Assembly: GCA_026392035.1 (NCBI GenBank)
Contig: JAPLCX010000108.1
Location: forward strand, 4,634-68,633
DNA length: 64,000 bases
Origin: Candidatus Auribacterota bacterium
Lineage (GTDB): Bacteria; Auribacterota; Tritonobacteria; UBA1439
Direction of reading: 5' to 3'
In this document: positions 57,975 through 64,000 of the stretch, in pieces
How positions within the stretch are numbered: the stretch's first letter is position 1
How the letters are laid out: every line of letters starts with the position of its first letter
Translations under genes and position numbers: made by a program
The notes under the pieces: model-generated
Databases searched by the model: none
What the model was told of the DNA's origin: nothing
Seen by the model: the letters and a program-made list of their open reading frames with translations, nothing else

Positions 57975-58721
57975 TTGACTTTGATAGACGTTATGGATAA
58001 TGTACTTGCTAATCTGAACAGAAAGATTGGAGAAGCGATTAGAACCTATTGGCTCACGCGGGAGGGCCAGACTAAAAGGCAGAAAGAAGCAGGACGAGTG
58101 GATCAGGGGGCTCGAAGCGCCGTAACGGACGGCGCCCAAATGGATGGTTTTATCTCCCTGATTACTGAAATACTTTGCAACGCTGGAATTGATTCTCGGC
58201 ACATATTCAGGAAAACATGCATAGAATTACCCGGCTTTTTCAGGCCCACAAAGGAGTGGGATCTCCTTGTAGTAAGGGATGGGCAATTGATATTGGCTCT
58301 CGAAGCGAAATCTCAAGTAGTCCCCTCGTTTGGGAATAACTTCAACAATCGAACCGAGAAAGCTATGGGGAGCGCTCTGGACTTGTGGACTGCCTTTAGA
58401 GAAGGCGCCTTCAATAAAACGGTTAAGCCATGGTTAGGGTATCTTTTTCTCCTAGAGGATTGTCCTCAATCTAGGCATGCCGTAAAAGTGCGCGAACCAC
58501 ATTTTGAAGTATTCCCCGAATTCAAAAATGCCTCTTATGGCAAGAGATATGAGCTATTCTGCCGCAAGCTGGTACGAGAAAGGCATTATTCTGCTACTGC
58601 CTTCTTAATGGCATCAAGAGCTGGTGGACTCAAAGGAAACTACGAAGAACCGTCAAAAGATTTAACCTTTGAGCTATTTGCCCGTTCGCTGATCGGCCAA
58701 GTAACTGCTTTTGGGAAATAG
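57975..58721 (+). CDS. Putative type II restriction endonuclease (PD-(D/E)xK fold), 248 aa
   Basis: Candidate catalytic core ...EWDLLVV...LILALEAKSQVV (D ... E-A-K, EcoRI-like spacing). Gene sits 8 nt upstream of a DNA MTase in a low-GC island. No family-level match could be made by eye. Confidence 0.45.
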   Translation: MTLIDVMDNVLANLNRKIGEAIRTYWLTREGQTKRQKEAGRVDQGARSAVTDGAQMDGFISLITEILCNAGIDSRHIFRKTCIELPGFFRPTKEWDLLVVRDGQLILALEAKSQVVPSFGNNFNNRTEKAMGSALDLWTAFREGAFNKTVKPWLGYLFLLEDCPQSRHAVKVREPHFEVFPEFKNASYGKRYELFCRKLVRERHYSATAFLMASRAGGLKGNYEEPSKDLTFELFARSLIGQVTAFGK

Positions 58722-58729
58722 GCTTAATC

Positions 58730-59677
58730 ATGATACAAGCCACAAGTCTAGAGAATATAGTTACAACACATCGCCTTATCCAAGGTGATGCCAGAGAAAT
58801 GTCATATATCCCGAACGAATCAATCCATCTTGTGATTACATCACCACCTTACTGGACATTAAAGAGATACAATGAAAATCCAAGACAGTTAGGGCATGTT
58901 TCCGGATACGAACAATTTCTTAATGAGCTACAAAAGGTATGGACCGAGGTTTATAGAGTGCTTGTTCCCGGAAGCAGGCTAGTTTGCGTGATCGGGGACG
59001 TATGCCTTTCCAGAAAGAAGTTTGGGAGGCATGTAGTTGTTCCTCTGCATGCTGATGTTTGCGTGATGTGCAGGAAGATTGGCTTTGACAATCTTAATCC
59101 TATCATCTGGCATAAAATTTCGAACGCTGCTTTTGAAGCGAACGACGGATCAAAATTTTTAGGCAAACCATATGAGCCTAATGCGATTATTAAAAACGAT
59201 ATCGAGTTTATTCTGATGCAAAGGAAGCCGGGGGGCTATAGGAAGCCCACGGAAGAGCAACGCCGGCTAAGCAAAATAGGCAAGAACGAATTCAACGAAT
59301 GGTTCCGTCAGTTCTGCACCTTAACGGGAGCTTCTACAAAAAATCATCCAGCACCTTTCCCTTTAGAGTTAGCTAATCGTTTGGTGCGGATGTTTTCATT
59401 TTGGGGGGATACGGTCCTAGATCCTTTCTGTGGGAGCGGTACTACAATGCTGGCTGCCATGAGGTGTCACCGCAATAGCATAGGGGTTGAAATAGATAGA
59501 GAGTATTGCCGTATGGCCGCGCAGCGATTGATTAAGGAAAATCAGGATTTTTTCTCTAAAACCCGTTTGGAGTTCAAAAAGCAGATTAATAGTAAAGACC
59601 AGGGCTTGATTCTCCATGAGGATAAAGCTTTATATGTGGCGCACAAGAAAAAACAAAAAATGAAAGCCGCATCATAA
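58730..59677 (+). CDS. Beta-class amino-DNA methyltransferase (motif IV SPPY before motif I DPFCGSGTT); likely N4-cytosine (or N6-adenine)
   Basis: VITSPPYW (motif IV) at aa ~38 and VLDPFCGSGTT (motif I) at aa ~263. This is the ParB/beta-group order typical of type II N4C/N6A MTases. Confidence 0.85.
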   Translation: MIQATSLENIVTTHRLIQGDAREMSYIPNESIHLVITSPPYWTLKRYNENPRQLGHVSGYEQFLNELQKVWTEVYRVLVPGSRLVCVIGDVCLSRKKFGRHVVVPLHADVCVMCRKIGFDNLNPIIWHKISNAAFEANDGSKFLGKPYEPNAIIKNDIEFILMQRKPGGYRKPTEEQRRLSKIGKNEFNEWFRQFCTLTGASTKNHPAPFPLELANRLVRMFSFWGDTVLDPFCGSGTTMLAAMRCHRNSIGVEIDREYCRMAAQRLIKENQDFFSKTRLEFKKQINSKDQGLILHEDKALYVAHKKKQKMKAAS

Positions 59678-59777
59678 TTACTCGCATGAGCCCCACACAG
59701 GATAGGAAATGTAGTGGGGTTCTATTGCCTCTACCGCCATCGCTGCTACCCAGTTATCTTCCAGCTTGTTGCCTACA

Positions 59778-60066
59778 GCAAAAATCAGGGTCAAACCTCG
59801 TCTATTGACTGCGAGACAACCGGATGATCGGTGACAATGGCGCGAGGCCCGGCAGGTGGTACTCGAGTTGATCTGCCGGGTGGAATGGTGAGGCGAGGTT
59901 ACTGCATTTCCTCGGAGCGGAGCTGGGTGAGGTAGGAGGGATGCCGTGGAAGATGATCGCGAGCGGTTCCGGGAGAATATCCAGACGGATAAACAGTTGT
60001 TCAAACGTCGATAGGATGTATCGAACTTTTCTTAGTCAATAAACGAGGTTTGACCCTGATTTTTTT
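59778..60066. repeat. ~290-bp MITE-like insertion bounded by a perfect ~24-bp terminal inverted repeat (AAAAATCAGGGTCAAACCTCGT)
   Basis: Left arm 59778-59801, right arm 60041-60066 (reverse complement). Interior is GC-richer than the flanking R-M genes. The same 19-mer occurs at 57561-57580. Confidence 0.6.
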
Positions 60067-60186
60067 CTGGGAATTAATCTTCGGGAGCTCGTGTTAAATG
60101 ATAAAATATGAGTTGCGGCAGGGATCAGCATATTGTATTATTTAGTACAAATACTTGTACAATAACGTACAAATACTTGTACTCCT

Positions 60187-60789
60187 ATGGAATACAAAAT
60201 AAATAGAGACGGGCTTTTAACGGAGATGGGGATCTGGAACGGGTTTCTTGGCCGTTCGGTGAGATTGATTGCCTGCGGCGGCACAGGGCTTACTCTTCTG
60301 GGAGTGAAAGATTCAACAAAAGACATAGATTTGATGGTGCCAGACGAATGGGAGCATAGTTATCTCCTGAGCATTTTGAAGCAGTTCGGTTACAAGCAGG
60401 TAACCGGTTATGGATGGGCTAGAGGCGGGGGATTCGTGTTCGATCTCTTCCGTGGAAACAGAATACACACCACGGAATTGCTGGAATCCCCTCTGGAAAA
60501 GGGCAATCATCTCATGTTCAAGGAATACAGCCGGATCTATCTTGGAATTCTCAATTACTATGACCTGATTATAAGCAAACTGTTCCGTGGCACATCCGTT
60601 GACTTTGATGACTGCGTGGCCTTAGTGCGTGTCAAACATCGCGAGGTTGATTTTGGCAGGCTATGTAATCGCTATCGAGATACTGCCGCATATGATGTGT
60701 CCGAGATAAATGTGTTGAAGAACTTGGACACTTTCATTCACCTGATTAGAAAAGAGGGGCTCTACAATGACAACACGCTCACTTCGTGA
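60187..60789 (+). CDS. Nucleotidyltransferase-fold protein (Pol-beta superfamily minimal NTase), 200 aa
   Basis: IACGGTGLTLLGVKDSTKDIDLMV fits the hG[GS]x9-13[DE]hDL NTase signature. Confidence 0.55.
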   Translation: MEYKINRDGLLTEMGIWNGFLGRSVRLIACGGTGLTLLGVKDSTKDIDLMVPDEWEHSYLLSILKQFGYKQVTGYGWARGGGFVFDLFRGNRIHTTELLESPLEKGNHLMFKEYSRIYLGILNYYDLIISKLFRGTSVDFDDCVALVRVKHREVDFGRLCNRYRDTAAYDVSEINVLKNLDTFIHLIRKEGLYNDNTLTS

Positions 60790-61423
60790 AAGGGTTGCAC
60801 AAATGGGGTTCCCTCTTCTTGGGGTTGAAGAGGACTTGAACGTCAACGAGACGCTGGCCGAGGTCGTCAAAAGCAAGGAACTCAGATTGTGGGAGGCATT
60901 CCCTGTTTTGCTTGCGCGAAGCGTTGAGAAAGGGCTTTTCGATTATTCCGAGGTCAGTTCCGGTTTGACCACTACGGAGAGGGATGATCTGGATTCCCTT
61001 GTCCGTGTATCATGTGCACTCTATCGTGCCCTTGGTCTCAAGTTTGATTGGTGCCGGCGGCTGGAATCTCTTCCTCCCCTTCAGGAATGGCAAGGCCGGA
61101 CTGAGTTAAAGAGCTTCAAGGCCAGGAAAGATGTAAAGGCGGGATCCCTGGTGCTCTCAACCGACAGAATGATGGCTCATTTTCAGAGCTACTTTAATGC
61201 GGAAGAGCGCAATCTTAGAGATCTCCTTGCCCACAAGGAAGAGTATTCTCTTGAGGTCGCATTGTCGCAGATCTTCTCGCCGAAACAAAAAGAGCTTTTC
61301 CTTAAGAAACTGAAGGGCGATAAATTGTCAAAGACAGAGATGGAGTATTATTCGCGCCGGGTGAAGAAGAAGGCCCTTGCCCTTGCAAACGAAGAGTTGC
61401 ATAAATTGGCCAGAAGCTTGTAA
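60767..61423 (+). CDS. Hypothetical protein (218 aa), possibly HEPN-like partner of the NTase
   Basis: Start overlaps the NTase gene by 23 nt. An R-x4-H motif (RDLLAH) in a helical region is the only hint. Weak. Confidence 0.4.
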   Translation: MTTRSLRERVAQMGFPLLGVEEDLNVNETLAEVVKSKELRLWEAFPVLLARSVEKGLFDYSEVSSGLTTTERDDLDSLVRVSCALYRALGLKFDWCRRLESLPPLQEWQGRTELKSFKARKDVKAGSLVLSTDRMMAHFQSYFNAEERNLRDLLAHKEEYSLEVALSQIFSPKQKELFLKKLKGDKLSKTEMEYYSRRVKKKALALANEELHKLARSL

Positions 61424-61432
61424 ATCCTGAGT

Positions 61433-61747
61433 TTGATCATGGATACAGATTATCTGACAGAGATGGCCTATAACTGCATTCGCCTGGCAAATGAAGCCTC
61501 CGATGTATTGAAATCGGAACTCGGCGCCATGTGCAGCAGGTTTAAGACTGAAGATGCGTATCTGAAAGGGATTCTGAGATATGTGAAGGAGATCGAAAGA
61601 GATCCGGAGGACTATCTGGACTGTTGGAATCTACTGGACGATATCGACCTCGGGATTTTCGCGCAGAGAGTAAAGATACTGCGAGAATATATTGATACTA
61701 CCATAGCCACGCCAATCAAGGATCGCGGGAAACCGGCGTTCCCTTGA
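61433..61747 (+). CDS. Hypothetical small protein (104 aa)
   Basis: ORF in the same low-GC block, codirectional, 10-nt spacing. No motifs. Confidence 0.35.
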   Translation: MIMDTDYLTEMAYNCIRLANEASDVLKSELGAMCSRFKTEDAYLKGILRYVKEIERDPEDYLDCWNLLDDIDLGIFAQRVKILREYIDTTIATPIKDRGKPAFP

Positions 61748-61796
61748 GATCATGTGTCGGGACGCGAGAGGATACTCAAAACATCAGGGTCATCTC

Positions 61797-61908
61797 TACA
61801 CTAACAAGTTAGTTGTAAATCTGTTTCACCCGTTTCGCCAATTTTCGGTCTTTCAACATCTGCTTCTGAAGACGCATATGATTATTCGTCACCGGAGCTC
61901 CGCCAATC
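61797..61908. repeat. ~110-bp repeat, right copy (inverted relative to 57723-57834); itself flanked by a 14-bp inverted repeat ACATCAGGGTCATC / GATGACCCTGATGT (61781-61794 / 61970-61983)
   Basis: Read directly on both strands. Confidence 0.7.
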
Positions 61909-62107
61909 CCACTCAATTCAGCTCCCAATTTCTCGAGAGGCCTATAGCTCATAGGCCATGCCCTGAATTGATGACCCTGATGTGACTTCCATAAACCCAT
62001 TTCCGATGAGCAGATGTAAAAGCTTCAGGGCCAGACCATGATTATTGACTAAGTACACCTTGTCATAAATACGGTTACGCGATGCAACCCGTGCGCAACA
62101 CGTTGCA

Positions 62108-62216
62108 CCATGTCATTGCGAGGAGTCCCGCTTGGGGGGACGATGAAGCAATCCGCTCCAAAGGTTTATAGAGATGAGATTGCCGCGCCCCACTTCGTGG
62201 GGCTCGCAATGACATG
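62108..62216. repeat. MITE-like palindromic element, copy 2 (termini TGTCATTGCGAG / CTCGCAATGACA)
   Basis: Same termini and internal palindromes as 40737-40850. Confidence 0.6.
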
Positions 62217-62300
62217 ATAGGGCTGATAGCGATTGTTGTCGCACAGTTGAAATACGTCACCTAACTTTATGACCCCGAGCACTAAGGGTCCTATTGCCAC

Positions 62301-62675
62301 ATGGCAAGATCGCCGAGGATTGAATATCCGGCACGGTATCCTGGCCCGAGTCGCGGGAGAGAGCGTGATGAGATATCCAGATACGGCAAGGGCAGGCAGC
62401 GGTTTCTCGAGGAAGAATTATCAGAGCGCAAACATAAAATGGAAACCCGAGGAATCCTGTTGGCCTTGCCTGCGCCTGGTACTATAATTGATCCAAGAGA
62501 ACCGAGGGGACATGTGAGGGCAGGCGGGATAGGCAAGGATAAGCCGCACTCTTACGTAATGGGACAGTTATGGGGTGGGAGATACACCCTCAGCCCTGCC
62601 CTTCCTTCGGCAGGCTCAGGACAGGCTCCCCTTTGGAGGGGGAGGGGATATGATCCTAGACCCCGCCGAAACTGA
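62301..62675 (+). pseudogene. Second decayed copy of the RAYT/IS200-like transposase 5' region (MARSPRIEYPARYPGPSRGRERDEISRYGKGRQRFLEEEL...)
   Basis: The first ~45 codons track the transposase N-terminus consensus (EYPGAxYHVxSRGNERxDIFRDxxDRxRFLEEL) with many substitutions, then diverge. ~80% nt identity to 57621-57700. Confidence 0.45.
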
Positions 62676-62760
62676 TCCATCGCACTCTTGCGCGCATTTG
62701 GCAAAGACAGAGGGCACATGGAAGAGTTTCCCCGCAGAGATCGGGGGATTGTAAAGGGAG

Positions 62761-64000
62761 GCTGATTCTCATGGAAAACAGGGAGATTGCCGATATCTTC
62801 GAGGAGATTGCGGATATCCTCGATATCCGGGGTGAGAACCCGTTCCGGATACGGTCGTACAGGAACGCCGCGCGTGCGATCGGGGATATGTCCGAGAGCG
62901 TTGCCGCGATGGTGCGTGAGGGGAAAGATATCGAGACTATCCCCGGGATCGGGAAATCCATCGATGAGAAGATAAGGGAGATTGTCACTACAGGAAAGCT
63001 CAAATTCCTCAACGAGTTGCGCGCGAGCCTTCCGAAGGGGCTCACGGAGCTTCTCCGGATCGAGGGGCTCGGTCCCAAAAAGGTGAAACTGTTCTATGAA
63101 AAAATGAAGATTGATTCCGTCGACAAGCTCGAGGCGGCCGCGAAGGGAGGCACGCTGCGCGAGCTTGAGGGGATGGGGGACAAGAGCGAAGAAAATCTAT
63201 TGAAGGCGATTGCGCGCTACCGGGCGGGGCAGGGGCGGTTCAAACTCTCCGTAGGTCTGGAGTACGCGGAGTCTATCGCCCGCTACCTCAAGAAGTCCAA
63301 GGGTGTGAAGGCGATCGAAGCGGCGGGAAGCGTCAGGCGGAGGAGGGAGACAGTGGGGGATCTGGATATCCTGGCGATCTGCGCCCCCGGCTCGGATATT
63401 ATGGATCGATTCATCAAATATGACGGCATCGAGCAGGTCACTGCGAAGGGGACGACGAAGTCGAGCGCCCGCCTCTCCTGCGGCCTCCAGGTGGATGTGC
63501 GGATGCTCCCCGTGGAGAGTTTCGGGGCTGCACTCCTGTACTTTACCGGTTCAAAAGAGCACAACATCGCGATCCGGACACGCGCAGTGGAGCGGAAATT
63601 GAAGGTGAGCGAGTACGGCGTGTTCCGGGGAGAGAAGCGCATCGCCGGCAAATCGGAAGAAGATGCGTACAAGGCATTGGGGCTACCGTTTATTCCCCCT
63701 GAGATCCGTGAAAACCACGGTGAGATCGAGGCGGCGGAGAAGGGGATGCTCCCCAGTCTCATTGAGCTCAGAGACATACGGGGTGATCTTCAGATGCACA
63801 CCACCGCAACGGACGGCAAGGCGTCGATCCTCGACATGGCACAGAAGGCAAAGGATCTCGGTTATGAGTATATCGCCATTACAGATCATTCGAAGGCGGT
63901 GAAGGTTGCGGGGGGACTCGACGAGAAAGAACTCGCCCGGCATCTGAAAGCTATCGAGAAGGCGCAGGATCAGATCAAGGGACTGCGCATCCTCAAGGGG
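62761..64000 (+). CDS. polX: DNA polymerase/3'-5' exonuclease PolX (Pol-beta-like domain + PHP domain), 5' part; runs off the 3' end of the window
   Basis: Open frame from the ATG at 62761 to the window end. HhH/8-kDa and fingers motifs (GIGKSIDEKIRE, GLGPKKV), NTase core GSVRRRRETVGDLDIL, then PHP-domain start GDLQMHTTATDG...ITDHS. Confidence 0.85.

Noticed and set aside
1-64000. CRISPR arrays, cas genes, rRNA or tRNA genes
   Set aside because: No regularly spaced short direct repeats with unique spacers and no Cas-like ORFs were seen. The only tandem repeats are the 4 x 11-bp array at 16518-16562 and the R1/R2 pairs. No rRNA- or tRNA-like sequence was recognised, although a tRNA could be missed by eye.

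Overview
This 64-kb window looks like high-GC (judged by eye) bacterial chromosomal DNA, densely coded on both strands. Several lower-GC accessory islands interrupt the core. I found no rRNA, tRNA or CRISPR array. All domain calls below rest on motif recognition in the supplied ORF translations only; no searches were run.

The core genes are: a CzcCBA-type heavy-metal RND efflux operon (19.7-25.4 kb, minus strand); an ArnT/GT39-like glycosyltransferase with a divergent OmpR/histidine-kinase two-component pair (25.4-29.3 kb); a TetR-OMF-MFP-RND multidrug efflux operon (51.7-57.5 kb, minus strand); a hypCDEA [NiFe]-hydrogenase maturation cluster (44.9-47.6 kb, minus strand); a STAS/RsbU-RsbW-like partner-switching module; two paralogous fused membrane/spermidine-synthase-like proteins; two GT39-family membrane glycosyltransferases; an SSS-family solute symporter; a DAACS-symporter/SBP fusion; and the 5' part of a PolX polymerase running off the 3' end.

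The accessory content is:
1. A Type I R-M locus at the 5' end: an hsdR 3' fragment, an inserted ORF6N gene, and an unusual single-ORF HsdM-HsdS fusion.
2. An AT-rich two-gene island (4.1-6.6 kb) directly downstream of that locus, encoding a 413-aa protein of unknown function plus a standalone SIR2_2-like protein with the N...H catalytic pair. This is the best candidate for an undescribed anti-phage (NAD-depleting?) system.
3. A 1.3-kb gene-free, repeat-rich structured region (6.6-7.96 kb) ending in strong terminators.
4. A ~225-bp direct-repeat pair flanking a zinc-ribbon gene and a Sel1-repeat gene; the second copy truncates a parA-like gene.
5. A translationally coupled MuF-like (phage head-morphogenesis domain) plus class-II Fic gene pair.
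6. An IS200/IS605-like element with a 231-aa HUH transposase.
7. An S8 peptidase cassette flanked by diverged ~180-bp duplicates of the hypC 5' region.
8. A low-GC mosaic (57.5-62.7 kb) bounded by ~110-bp inverted repeats and decayed RAYT-like transposase fragments. It carries a putative type II R-M pair (PD-ExK nuclease plus SPPY beta-class methyltransferase) and a nucleotidyltransferase/putative-HEPN-like pair. It is punctuated by MITE-like elements (TIR AAAAATCAGGGTCAAACCT and TGTCATTGCGAG families).
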